64,000 nucleotides of DNA, from assembly GCF_006345805.1 (NCBI RefSeq), contig NC_043003.1, forward strand, positions 112,840,001 to 112,904,000, read 5' to 3'. The translations under genes were made by a program, and so were the position numbers. The notes beneath the pieces were generated by a model. That model ran no database searches and was not told where the DNA came from. It saw only the letters and a list, made by a program, of their open reading frames with translations. The DNA is from Octopus sinensis (lineage: Eukaryota). This document shows positions 1 through 13,025 of this stretch, piece by piece (position 1 is the stretch's first letter; each line of letters opens with the position of its first letter).

Positions 1-438
1 GACGGCCACTTTTATCGCAATGGCCAATTTATTTCCTTATGAAATTCTGGTAAATTGCATCGATTCAATTATCGTCAAATCCAATTATTATAGATGAATT
101 AAGAAATCAATTAATTAATTAATTTACTTATTAATGAAATAATTAAGATGATTATAGAATTACGATATAGATACTGCTTCCATGTTACAAGCCGCAAGAA
201 ATTGTTGTAGATGATAAAATGAATGTTGATAGCGAAAGGTGGGCGACTTACCCGTCGCTCATCTTTAAGTGACTGTTTAAACGCTTCTTTGGACAGAAGC
301 TTTGAAACATACAAGAATGTCACTCGTTAAGTGGATGGGTTATTCTTTGTCTCCCTTTGTCATTTTCTCTCTTTCTGTGTCTTTCCCCCCTCTCTCTCTC
401 TGCATCCTGCTCTTTCCCTACTTTCTCTAATAATTCAT

Positions 439-439
439 G

Positions 440-525
<86 letters not shown>

Positions 526-530
526 AATCA

Positions 531-564
<34 letters not shown>

Positions 565-565
565 A

Positions 566-602
<37 letters not shown>

Positions 603-620
603 GCCTGTCTGTCTGTCTGT
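439..620. repeat. (TATC)n microsatellite grading into (TGTC)n
   Basis: Direct reading; produces the YLSI/IYLS pseudo-ORFs at 331-1044. Confidence 0.95.
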
Positions 621-747
621 CAACATTTTAAATAGGTGTCAGACTGATTACTGCATATCTGTGCAGTACCTACATATCGAACTATCGATCTACTTCTTGT
701 TTCAGTTTCTCCCTGTGTCTCTTTCACACTTGCCCTGTTGCTCGTTA

Positions 748-836
748 TATATATGTGTGTGTATGTGTGTGTATGTGTGTGTATGTGTGTATGTGTGTGT
801 GCCTATGTGTACATATATATATACATATACATATAT

Positions 837-933
<97 letters not shown>

Positions 934-1040
934 CACACATATATATACATACAAACATTTATGTACATACCTACAAGCATACATACATACATACGTGTTC
1001 ATACATATACACACAGACACAGACACACATACATTTATAT
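748..1040. repeat. Compound (TG)n/(TA)n/(TACA)n microsatellite
   Basis: Direct reading. Confidence 0.9.
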
Positions 1041-1604
1041 GTAGGTAGGTGTATACAAACACAGATATCGTCACACAACGCTGATTATAAGACCTACAGA
1101 AATATAAATAAAGAATTAATTCTCTGGCACTTCTCAAGAAAAACAGTGTCAGAATTATATTCCATGATACAAACAGTCCATATAATGTCTAACAGTAGTT
1201 AAGACATAATCTAAAGAATGAAATTTCGAGCTAAAAATATCACAGTGTCACAGTATAGACAAGATCATCAGATACTGTTATACACCGATGGTCACAATGC
1301 ACTTCCAATTCTGTCTAGCAATATAGATGTTGAAATTATTGATTGCTTAGATGTTTTGCAACATTCAATTTCCACAGAGAATTAAGTATTCAGCTGTTAA
1401 CCGGAATTCTTTCTACTTTCACTTAACATCACTTAATAGATTCTCCCTCCGGCTACTTTAATCTATGTTAATTACGTAAAAATGCATATTGCGCTTCATC
1501 ATAATGGAAGAGTACACATAGACACGTGATACACACACACACACACACCACACACACACACATAGAGGCATACATGTATACACACGTATATATATATTCA
1601 TATC

Positions 1605-1723
1605 TAGAAGCAGATGTGGGGATAAGCAAATCAGAAACATCAATATATAAAGTGTATTAAATACATCAAATGTATTTTATATATTTGATGTTTCTGATTT
1701 ACGTATCCCAACATTTGCTTCTA
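1605..1723. repeat. Imperfect inverted repeat (hairpin, about 45-bp arms)
   Basis: tagaagcagatgtgggataagcaaatcagaaacatcaatatataaa pairs with ttttatatatttgatgtttctgatttacgtatcccaacatttgcttcta. Confidence 0.85.
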
Positions 1724-2193
1724 TACTCACACAGCCTGATCCCTCTTAGTTTGAATTCTATACTCGCACAGCCTGATCCCTCTTAGTTTGAATTCTATAC
1801 TCGCACAGCCTGATCCCTCTTAGTTTGAATTCTATACTCGCACAGCCTGATCCCTCTTAGTTTGAATTCTATACTCGCACAGCCTGATCCCTCTTAGTTT
1901 GAATTCTATACTCGCACAGCCTGATCCCTCTTAGTTTGAATCTATACTCGCACACAGCCTGATCCCTCTTAGTTTGAATTCTATACTCGCACAGCCTGAT
2001 CCCTCTTAGTTTGAATTCTATACTCGCACAGCCTGATCCCTCTTAGTTTGAATTCTATACTCGCACAGCCTGATCCCTCTTAGTTTGAATTCTATACTCA
2101 CACAGCCTGATCCCTCTTAGTTTGAATTCTATACTCGCACAGCCTGACCCCTCTTAGTTTGAATTCTATACTCGCACAGCCTGATCCCTCTTA
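1719..2193. repeat. 37-bp minisatellite, about 13 near-identical copies
   Basis: Unit ctatactcgcacagcctgatccctcttagtttgaatt; unit starts at 1721, 1758 etc.; no spacers. Confidence 0.95.
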
Positions 2194-2352
2194 TGGCCTT
2201 TTGTGTAAAGGCATCGGTGTCTATGTTTCAATTGCTTGAGCACTATAAGTGTCTTCTGTACGGAGAATATCTGGATTTCATCTGTGAGCTATACATTCAT
2301 ATCTATACACGTATGTGTACATGTTTATATATAGCTGTGTGGTAGGAAGCCA

Positions 2353-2810
2353 GGCGCAGGCGTGGCTGTGTGGCAAGAAGCTTCCTTTCCAACCTCATGG
2401 CTCAGGGTCCAAGTCTCAATGCGTGGAACCTTGGGCAAGAGTCCTCCACTATTGCCTCGAACCAATCAAAACCTTGTGTGTGGATTTGGTAGACGAAAAT
2501 TGAAAGAAATCCGTCGTACACATACACACGCACACATTTCTTTATATATAAATATATATGTATGAATATATATGTATAAATACGTATATGTATATATTTA
2601 AGTGTGTGTGTGTTTGGGTCTGTCTTTGTCCCCCATCATCGCTTGACAACCGATATTGATGTGTTTACGTTCCTGCAACTTAGCGGTTCGGCAAAAGAGA
2701 TCCAAACAATAAATACTAAACTTACAAAGAGTAAGTACTGGGGTCGATTTCTTCGACTAAAACACTTTAAGGCAGTGTTTCAGTATCGTCGCATGAAACA
2801 AATAAAAGAA
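2353..2810 (+). mobile_element. tRNA-derived CORE-like SINE (family A, OR1/OR2-like), diverged
   Basis: ggcgcagg..tggctgtgtgg A box, degenerate B box, ccttgggcaag CORE-like motif; matches copies at 9446, 24837, 33448 and 49988. Confidence 0.85.
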
Positions 2811-3222
2811 TATACACACATGCAACCACACACCGATAGGTTTTGGGGAACGTATATGTGTTTGAGCGTGTGTATTTTTATACATGCGTATAAATATATA
2901 AAGATCTCGCTCATGCCGAGATGTAAAGCTTTATACATAGACAAAAAGCAATGAGTGTTTAGATCATATATAATTTCTCTCTTCAATGGTTTGCGTTAAA
3001 TACTTACGCATTTGTTTAGACAGGGGTGTTTTGCGAGAGTAAATTCGTCGCTGCTATTGATTGATTTATTCACCTCTGAGATGACGATCGTGTGTTTACA
3101 ATAAGCGAGAAATTGTTTGCTACACTGTAAACTAGAGTGAGATTGCCTTTAGAGGTTAAAATATATCACAAACATTCAAACTTACCTAAAGCGTATACAA
3201 ACATACATACATAGATATATAC

Positions 3223-3277
<55 letters not shown>

Positions 3278-3285
3278 CATATATA

Positions 3286-3318
<33 letters not shown>

Positions 3319-3490
3319 GCATATATGTATGTATGTATGTATATATATATTTCTCTATTTTGTTGCACACACGCATTTTTACTAATACATACGCGGTGAA
3401 GCTACACATTAGCGTCGTATTTTTACGTTCGCTATTTCCAGTAAATATCGGTACTTAGTTGTGCCATTTATTTACTAATTTGTATATATG

Positions 3491-3521
<31 letters not shown>

Positions 3522-3633
3522 ATGTGTCTATATATATATATATACACCTTCAGTCACTATTAGTGACAAATGGATTTTTCCGCTTTGGTTGTATATTGCA
3601 AGCCACATTAGTTATCTTATATACATTTATATA

Positions 3634-3726
<93 letters not shown>

Positions 3727-3780
3727 CAGACAAGAAAATAGAGAGATAATAAATTTTTATTTATAAATTAAAAAATTGAC

Positions 3781-3960
3781 AAAAATCCCTTACTACTGTT
3801 TCAATTCAAGACCTTCAGAAAATGAATTAATAGAAATGAACTGAATATCTATTTTGCATATCTTAAACTACATCTGACAAGATTCAACTTTCACATAATT
3901 TTTAATTTATCAACTAATTTTCTGAAGGTCTTGAATTGAAACAGCTGTAAGGGATGTTTG
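3781..3960. mobile_element. MITE-like element with about 40-bp TIRs
   Basis: atcccttactactgtttcaattcaagaccttcagaaaat vs attttctgaaggtcttgaattgaaacagctgtaagggat. Confidence 0.75.
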
Positions 3961-4914
3961 TTTAGTTTTTTTAAATTTATAAGTAATAATATATTATCTC
4001 TCTATTTTCTTAACTTATTATAATAAATAATATATATAAACCACGGTTTATATAGTTACCGTGCATTACTAACTGTAATGTTTAACACTCTTTGTATAGG
4101 TAACTAACCAATACTTTCATAGGATTTTGCCATCCCTTAATGAACTTTGTAAACTTTATACCTTTATTTGCATGTAAGTATATATATATATATATGGACT
4201 CCACATGTGGACTCTCTCTCATTACTGTATTAATAATTTTTACTGTATCCCAGTCTTTATACACTAGGCCACTTGGTGTTTTAAATTGATGTTATTAATT
4301 AATATTCAATTTTTTTCACCCTTATTGTGATTATATATATATATATATATATATATTAATCAATTTAGGGTAGTAAAAAATTCGATAGAAATTTATCACT
4401 ACCAGCGGCCCAGTGGAAAAGAAAAATAGTCATGAGACTAAAATGTAAATATATAACAATTTAGGAATGGCCTTAACAGGCCATTCGTCCACTAGACAGA
4501 GCAGCCATAACTCTAACCGCAAAGTAATATAATTCGGAAATAGGTGAAAAATTAAAAACGTTTACCCTAATTCATCTTTTAGACGATGCATCGTTTCTGC
4601 GTGATATGTATAGGAAATACCATGAAAGAATAGATGTAAGGAATTTATGATAAGTGATGTAACCGCAACGTGCGTCAGCCAGACAATTGTGAGTCGCATG
4701 TAGGTGAAATGTTAAAAAAGCATTTTATCCTTAACTACTGATGCAATTAAATTATTCTGTATAAAAGAATCTTGACACAGATCTAGATATATACCAATAA
4801 TATGAAAATATTGACAGTAGGCAAACTACCTACATAAACTGAAGCCACTTGCACATTTAATAATACAAGTTTACGAGACATTAATCAATAGTGCAATACT
4901 AAAGCAACTATGTG

Positions 4915-5195
4915 GAGGCACATGACCTAGTGGTTAAAGCAGCGGACTCGCGGGTTCGAATCTCAGACCGGGTGATGCGTGTGTTTATGAGCGAAACACC
5001 TAAGCTCCACGCGGCTCCGGCAGAAGGTAATGGGGAACTTCTGCTGACTTTTTCGCCACAACTTTCTCTCACTCTTTCCTCCTTCATCTTGCAGCTCACC
5101 TGCGATGAACTGGCGTCCTGTCCACGTGGGGAACCTATACGCCAAGAAACCAGGAACCCGACCTTATGAGCCAGGCATGGCTCGAGAAGGAATAC
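4915..5195 (+). mobile_element. tRNA-derived SINE (middle M1 + tail T2) with 19-bp TSD
   Basis: A/B boxes (tagtgg, ggttcgaatc); atactaaagcaactatgtg at 4896-4914 and 5196-5214; homologous copy at 50735-51047 on the minus strand. Confidence 0.9.
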
Positions 5196-6249
5196 ATACT
5201 AAAGCAACTATGTGTCTGGCAGAAAGCTCAGCTGTTAACCCAAGACTAAGCTTACACATGGTACAGAGTCATCAAGCATTATGATGGTAGGATCGATGGT
5301 AAATTCCAACGGCAATACTTCAATATCTATACGTTCTGAACCCTTTGAATCACATTGCGTATCACGATGTATTATCACTATCGGAATATATCATTTAGAT
5401 GAAACATAATTACAACTGAACGTAGAACAATTAGTTGTCGGACGTTTTTAAAGAATATTACTAATATAAGTGAAGAGAAATAGCTTCAGCAAAATGTCTG
5501 CATTGCCTAAACTCTGTCTCCATAACTTAGAGTCACTTGAGAGCAGATACTATCCAGTTTGATATTATTCAATGGCAATTCAATTCAAACGAATACAACG
5601 GGGATTGTTTTTGGTCCAATCATGCTACTCAGCACATAACTGTTTCTTTTCCTTGCAGGAAACATCCCTAGTAAATGTTCTAATCTCATAATGTAGTTCG
5701 TCAAACATCTGGTGCTGCCATTCTGCTGTACCTGAAGAAATCGTTAGCACTATGTCCTGTTAAAAAGGTACGGGTATTAATCTACTTTTTGACGCAAAAA
5801 CATCATGCATGAGTATCTTTATTTCCAATATTGGGTTTGCGCACGCGCTGGTGTGTGCTTTGAATTCAAAGCATTTAAAAAAAAATTATAGTACCAGCCG
5901 GATAAATTATAACTTCAATGCTTGTTATCGTTCTGCTTAGTATTTATAAGGCTTTCCTTTCTGTAAAATATTTCTGTGTTGAAAAGAACGATCTGATATC
6001 AGAAAAACTGTGACACTACGACTTTCTTTTTTTCTCCTTTATTAGAATCTTTCATATTTAAGGGAGTTGAAGTTAAATAGAAATGCACTTCAAGATAGGT
6101 TGCAAAACAAGTGAATATATGCAAGTAAATAGAAAAACAAAATGAATGTTAAAGTTTGTAAAGAAGCAACAAATCTAATGGTATGGATGACAGAAAATAA
6201 AGTGACATCAAATTTTAATTGTATTTTCTAGATTAATACGATGATTTCA

Positions 6250-6412
<163 letters not shown>

Positions 6413-7249
6413 ATTTACTACTTATTGTTTGATATTTAGTTGTTGTGTAGCATAAAACATATCGCATTAAATAGTGAAATGAAAAGAGTAGAGAGAAAAT
6501 AGGAGTTGGGAACAAAATGTTGTTAAACGTAAATGACAAAAAAGATGATTACTTGGAAGAATGGAAAAGTAAAATAAAAAAACAAAATGCACAAAATGAA
6601 ATATGGTTTATACTTTGTAGCTAAAAAAAAAAGAAGCAAACTAAAAACAAAAACTTAACACGATACAATGATGATAGAAGCAGACAGCCATAAGTAGAAG
6701 AAAAAATACGAAATTTCTATATGTTGTTAGAGATGTATACTGGAAGGAACTCGAAATGATGAATTTGGAAAAAATCACTAGAAAATGGATATAAAGGAAA
6801 TTAGATGTTTAGGAAAAAGAGACTGAGACGTATCGGCAGAAAGTGATGGGGGAAAAGTCATATATACAAAGATGCTGAGCGTCTCTTTAAGGTTCATTTG
6901 ATATATAGAACAAGATCATGTGGTTTTCATAACTATTTGCTCAAAGAAAAGCTATAGCTAGACTGTTATTAATGTGGAGTGTATTAAAAGAGATATTGTA
7001 GATGAGCAACATTGCTTAACCAACGTTCCAGAAAAGTTTCTGTGAGAGAAAGTTCTCACTTGACAGAGAACTTTGAGAGACAAGTTAATGACAGAGGGCA
7101 GAAGAGTGTAGAGGTGGGCCGAAATAGAGGCTGTTCGGATTCTAGTTCGATCCTAACTTCCAGTTGGATCAGAAATCGCTGGAGGTAACGAATAGGTTGT
7201 TATCTAGTCTTGCCTAGATGTGGGCCGACAGAAAACTCGCTGAAATGTG

Positions 7250-7900
7250 AGGATGATTGCATTATATTCATAATCTAACTTGAAAAGTCCTGCTGTGACC
7301 CAGCTACTATCGAACCAAAGTAGAAAGTTTGTATGTCAGGTTTTTGTGGAACTGATACGTTCCGTTAGATAGACAGCAAGTGCATTCTGCATGCAGTCTA
7401 GGCAAGTTCAGAGAAATGATCTGCAGAAAAGGCGATGAGGCGTCTAGGAATCATTGCACTTCGGTTCCTTGATAGTACTGCAGTCTTGGGTAAGCAACGA
7501 CTGCGACTGTGCGTCTGGCTGTCAGAATATTGTTTGCCATTTACCAATCACGAAGTCTTGCATTGGCAATCTATAGACGTTTGCAGCAGAAGAGTAAATG
7601 TGCGTGGAGCAACAGGTGCGTGGGTACGGGCGAAAATGAGATGGCTAGTCTTCCAGGTTTACAGGTCTTCCAGGTTTACAGGTCTTCCAGGAAGTTTACA
7701 GGTCTACTATAGATGAGTTTTGGGCTTGGCAATACTACAAAGGATGCTACAGATTTGAGAAGACGCCACCTGGTAGCAAAATGCTGTCACACGAGCCTTT
7801 TCGAAACGCTGCAGAGCAACTGATCTGTTTTGCAAGGTTATTGTCCAGATATTGATGACGTCATGAGTTATGTCGAACAACAGCTGTCACGTGTTCCATA
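7250..7900 (-). mobile_element. Heavily decayed APE-type LINE fragment (CR1/L2-like), tentative
   Basis: Minus frame MQNALAVYLTERI resembles the HMHGLAVYVRE-like AP-endonuclease segment; many stops. Confidence 0.3.
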
Positions 7901-7916
7901 GCTCCGCCCATATGTT

Positions 7917-8166
7917 GGCGGCGAGCTGGCAGAGACGTTAGCACGCCGGGCGAAGTGCTTCGCGTATTTCACCCGTCGCTACGTTCTGAGTTCAAATTCC
8001 GCCGAGGTCGACTTTGCCTTTCATCCTTTCGGGGTTGATAAATTAAGTACCAAGGATTAAGTCGATTACATCGACCCCAGTGCGTAACTGGATGTAATCA
8101 ACTTAATCTCTTTGTCTGTCCTAGTTTGTCCCCTCTATGTTTAGCCCCTTGTGGGTAATAAAGAAA
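7917..8166 (+). mobile_element. tRNA-derived SINE family B (Deu/Nin-domain-like) with internal micro-inversion
   Basis: ggcggcgagctggcag head, gagttcaaattcc B box, gtcgactttgcctttcatcctttcgggg domain. Confidence 0.85.
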
Positions 8167-8199
8167 CATATATGTTGAATCCATCATGATAGTGCCTCA

Positions 8200-8460
8200 C
8201 CTCCCCTATTTTGACAGGGCGGGAAAGATATGTTTCTTAGTTTTGTGATCATAGGGAAAGAGGTTCGGTCTCTTATCGAGTGTTTACATCTTAAATAGAA
8301 AGGAATGTGGGGGGGCGTAGTGGGAGGTGATGTTGTTAAATGGAGGTCATATTCTCAAATGGAGGTCATATTAAAGAGGAAAACAAGACTGTGAAAGGGA
8401 ATTCCAAAGTTCAGAGGTGAGAAGGAAGAAACTGGTACTGCAAAGTGCTTTACGACACAA
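8200..8460 (-). mobile_element. CR1/L2-clade LINE 3' end fragment
   Basis: Minus translation CRKALCSTSFFLLTSELWNSL resembles the SFFPRTxxLWNSLP C-terminal motif. Confidence 0.5.
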
Positions 8461-9285
8461 AACAGGTTATCTTCCAAATTAAAAACATCTCAACTTCTTG
8501 AAAAAAATATAATAGATTATTTGTAATAAACAATCATAGATTTTACACTTTAGCGACACCAATTTATTCAATTAAAAAGAACAGCTTGCTACCGGTCCCA
8601 AAAGTGCTTTTCCCACTTTAGCGACATCAGTACTCCATGCAATTCCTTTTGGTAGCTGGTGCCACTATGAACGAAAGATAAAAGGGAAAAAATACCGCTC
8701 CTGAAAATGTATATATATGTAATGTACGTACGTACGTATGTATGTATGTATGTATGTATGTATGTATGTATGTATGTATGTATGTATGTATGTGTGTATG
8801 TGTGTGTGTATGTGTGTGTATGTATGTATGTATGTGTATGTATGTATATATGCATGCTTGTGTGTGTATGTGTGTGCTTGTGCGTGTGTGTGCGCGCTTG
8901 TGTGTAGGTGTGTTTGCGTGCGTGCGTGCTTGTGAGCATGTGTATGAATGCATATACATATAAAGAATTCTTTCTTTCAACGCAGGACTGAGCAATGACC
9001 TTTTAATGATCACATAAAGGCACACACGCACAATACGCACGCACACAAACGCCCGCATACGCACGCACACGCACGCACACGCACGCACACGCACGCACAC
9101 ACATATATTGGCCACTATTAAACTTCATTATTTGAGCGAGGCATTGAAAATCGGTTTTCTATTACGAATGAGCAAATAAGTAGGGAATATGCTCCAAAAT
9201 TAAAATTTTTAAATGTTTTCTATAATCAAATTATGTCTCTCAACAGCTCGAAGTACTTTTTTGGTTTTAGAATTATCGCTTTTAT

Positions 9286-9946
9286 GGGTACTACTTGAGA
9301 ACAGTGGTCCCGGTGCGCGCACTCGCGTAGTCGCGCATCCACGCTAGCTAGTCGTGACTAGTCGATCTTACAACGACTAGCTAGCAAAGTAAATAAAAGA
9401 CAAAATATTTTTTTTACACAAAGTAAATAATTTTTGTTAAACAAAGGCGTAGGAGTGGCTGTGTAGTGAGTAGCTTGTTTACTAACCACATGGTTCAGGG
9501 TTCAGTCCCACTGCGTGGAACCTTGGGCGTGTCTTCTACTATAGACCCAGGCCGACCAAAGCCTTGTGAGTGGATTTGGTAGACGTAAACTGAAAGAAGC
9601 CTGTCGTGCGTGTATGTTTGTGTGTCTGTGTTTGTCCCATCCAACATCGCTTGACAACCGATGCTGGTGTGTTTATGTCCCCGTCACTTAGCGGTTTGGC
9701 AAAAGAGACCGATAGAATAAGTACTGGGCTTACAAAGAATAAGTCCCGGGGTCGAGTTGCTCGATTAAAGGCGGTGCTCCAGCATGGCCGCAGTCAAATG
9801 ACTGAAACAAGTAAAAGAGTAAAGAGTAAAGTAAATAAAACACAAAGTAAATAATTTTTAAAACAAAGTAAGGATCGACTAGTCATGGCTAGCTAGCGCG
9901 AGTACGCGAGTGCGCGCACCGGGACCACTGTTCTCAAGTAGTACCC
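9286..9946. mobile_element. Non-autonomous TIR element (GGG..CCC termini, 44-bp perfect TIR, 6-bp TSD ttttat) with nested SINE
   Basis: gggtactacttgagaacagtggtcccggtgcgcgcactcgcgta at 9286; reverse complement ends at 9946; ttttat at 9280-9285 and 9947-9952. Confidence 0.9.
9446..9827 (+). mobile_element. CORE-like SINE family A, full length, nested in TIR element
   Basis: Same head, CORE-like motif and aaagagt tail repeats as the 24837 copy. Confidence 0.9.
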
Positions 9947-10249
9947 TTTTATGTTCTTTTGTTTTTCAGTAAATCGAATTTTTTTTTCTTTCTTTGTTTT
10001 TTCAATAGTTTTCTTCATTTTGTCAAATACTTGAAATTACTGTAGGGGAGTGGTGCAATATTGGTAACTGGTGCAAAGTGTGAAACCTCTACATTGCAAG
10101 TATTGCATCACCATTGTGTACTAATTCATCGTCTTTAGGAGTAAACATTGGTGGCCAAAGTAGTTGCAGTCGATAGAGTTTGAAACAGGCAATGTTTCCG
10201 CAAACTTAACCCAAAGGTAATTGAGGATACTAATAAAATATCTGGATGG

Positions 10250-10540
10250 GTGGAAGGGTGTCTTTTTTTCTTCACAAATGTAAATAAACCCAATCTGTTT
10301 CTTAAACGAGGGACATATTCATACGGCACAGAATGTTTTTTTTACCTCAACAGACGTCATTGGTTGAAATTGCAGAAATTGAAGAAAAAAACAACAAATA
10401 TCTTACAAACTATAGAATTTTCTCAATAAAGCCAAGAGAAAAAGATGTTTTATAAACACATTCTACCAGTATACGAAGTTTAAAATTTTTTAGTTACCTA
10501 GAAATTATGTTAAAAACTGCCGTTCAAACCGAAAAGATCC
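10250..10540. mobile_element. Truncated copy of the MITE at 35873-36280
   Basis: Reverse-complement match to about 35873-36140, ending in aaaaactgccgttcaaaccgaaaagatcc. Confidence 0.8.
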
Positions 10541-11553
10541 CATTTTGCTACTATTTCTAGTAGGTAGAATCGCAACATTCTCATTTGCATAACGAACTCA
10601 ACAAATTGTGTGCAATGTAACCAACTCTTTTGAAGCAATCTTCCTTATTTAATTTCTACAAATGTGCTCGCTCTTTTGCAGTGATTGTCGGCTTGAAAGA
10701 AGTCGTTGTTGTGGCATTGGCGAATGGAACGGGATATTGTGTTCTTTTTTTTTACCTCCGATTTGATGTTTGCAGCGGTGTTTGTGGTAATGATATATAT
10801 TTTCCCACTGTGTTTTGAAGACATCTCATTCGTGGTTTGTGGACATTTCATTCGCACTGTGTGTTGGTCTTACGCATCTTGATTTAACGCAAGTTCCATC
10901 AGCAGCTTACTAAATTTAGTGTTTAAGACTAAAAGCGGTAATGACAATTCAATTAAATGAAACTTAATGAAGCAATGACTCTGTAATTGGATGAAGAATT
11001 GATTTAAAGTGCGAATGCTTTTACTATGTTACTTTGACGATAATAAATTTTGTACAGGTCGGGCAGGTGAGGAATAAAAAAGAACAATTGAAAAAGAAAC
11101 AACGAAGAAGATAACGGAGACAAGGAGGGAAGAGAAGGAAATGCTGAAGGGAGTTGTAAATAGAAAGAGGAGACTGTTGATGAGAAAGAGAGAACGATTC
11201 GCAGACACAAATGAACGAGTGTCATAGAAGAAAGAAAAAAATATATGAACTGAATAAGGAAAAACAGAAAAACAGAAACAATTAACGAGATGCGGAAAGA
11301 AGAAAAATAAAGAAGACGAAAGGAGAAAAGTACGAAAGAGTGTAAAAGGAGTGAATGTGCTGAGTAAAGCAGAATGATAGTAAATGCATGCATGTATTTA
11401 TGTATGTATGTATGTATGTATGTATGTATGTATGTATGTATGTATGTATGTATGTGTTTATGAATGTATGTATGTATGTATGTATGTATGTATGTGTGTA
11501 TGTATGTATGTATGTATGTATGTATGTATGTATGTGTGTATATATGTATGTAT

Positions 11554-11921
11554 ATGACATGCAGTGTCTGTGCAAGACCGTGCCTCAGTAAAGCTGGACT
11601 TAAGAGTCATCTTGGTAGTCATAAAGCGAGACAGATGAGTGGCAACCTGGCCACCGGTGGTGGTGTAACACACCATACTAATCATATCTGTCGGGCATGT
11701 GGAAGAGAGTGTAATTCGGCAGGAGGACTTAAACGACACGCAAAGGTACATGAAGCTCAGTTACAACTACAGCCGGCTATTACCGGTAAAGGTTTTAGTT
11801 GCCAATTCTGTACAAGACATTGTAGTTCTTTGGCTGGGTTAAAAAGTCACATTCGATCACAGCACCAGTAACAGTTAAGCTTCGTGCAATGGCCATACTC
11901 GATAAAGAGGGGGCAGCCATC
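11554..11921 (+). mobile_element. Probable 5'-truncated RTE-like LINE 3' end encoding three C2H2 zinc fingers
   Basis: CSVC-X12-HLGSH, CRAC-X12-HAKVH, CQFC-X12-HIRSQH, all with a CxSxxGLK pattern; stop at 11871; short hairpin 3' UTR; (ATGT)n on both sides. Confidence 0.6.
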
Positions 11922-12234
11922 ATGTATGTATGTGTTGATGTATGTATGTATGTATGTATGTATGTATGTATGTATTCTTAAAACAGAGCTCAATCCGAAA
12001 AACAAGACTATAAGCATCAAAACCCTTTCTGTGTTAGTTATAAGTTACTGCTATAGTATTCTTAACCTAATTTTTCTCTCTTCGATCACATTGTTTACAT
12101 TGACATATTCATTTACATTACGTATTCGTATATGAAACGAAATAGCTTGCAGGGACTACTCTGAATTCTATAGAAAATATATTGAGATAAACTTAAAAGT
12201 GAGTACACACATGCACATACACACACACACGCAC

Positions 12235-12265
<31 letters not shown>

Positions 12266-13025
12266 TACACACACACACAAAATAATAATATATATATAGG
12301 TATATGTAAGTATGTGTGTATTATTATATAATATTCATACTCATTCGTTTTATGTTTATTGTCCCCACTGTGGTGTTGTGTCCGTCCTTGTAGTGTCCGT
12401 CCTTGTAGTGTCCCTCTCTGTGTTTAGTGGTCTGAGTGCCAAAATAAAGACACATACAGACACACAGACTCAGACAGATACACACACGCACTTGAATGTG
12501 GAAGCAATTATATGTATGAGATATTTTGCAAGTTTGTTTCACTGGTATCTTATTAAGATTTAACTGGTGGATTGAAATTCACAAATATGCTTACGAGCAA
12601 AAATTCACTTAAAATAGAATTCTAAGTCTTATGTTACATTGTTTGCCACGCGAACACTTAACTGTAGTGATACAGAAAACAATTGGAGACATCGAGTATT
12701 TGATGAAGAGTAAGGAGTTTTCTCAATTCGATTTGTATCTATGAATTTTTAGACTGAAAATTCTGTCTTCGGAGCTCAACAAACTAATATATACAATGGA
12801 ATCGCTTGGCTTTAAATGTCATCAGACATTATAGAGATATAACAGATCAGCTGCATGAATTCTACATGCTCTTAAATAGACTTTAATGACTATTTTTCAA
12901 GTATGGAACGTAGGAGGACGTGCTATGACATTCTAGACATATAAAGATTTGCCAGAAGGAGCAAATTTTCATGGATTTTATAATAGCTTTCTGTAGTAGA
13001 ATCAGGAACTTTAGTACTAAAGATA

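Noticed and set aside
111-323. GPCR-like terminal exon on the minus strand
   Set aside because: The resemblance to a TM7 motif is superficial and no supporting splice site was found.
1719-2193. CRISPR array (37-bp repeats)
   Set aside because: The repeats are contiguous with no unique spacers, no cas genes are present and the context is eukaryotic.
11464-11871. Intact host C2H2 transcription-factor gene
   Set aside because: The N-terminal part of the ORF is microsatellite, there are no TGEKP linkers or acceptor site, and the hairpin 3' UTR with a repeat tail fits a retroposon end better. It is kept only as an alternative.
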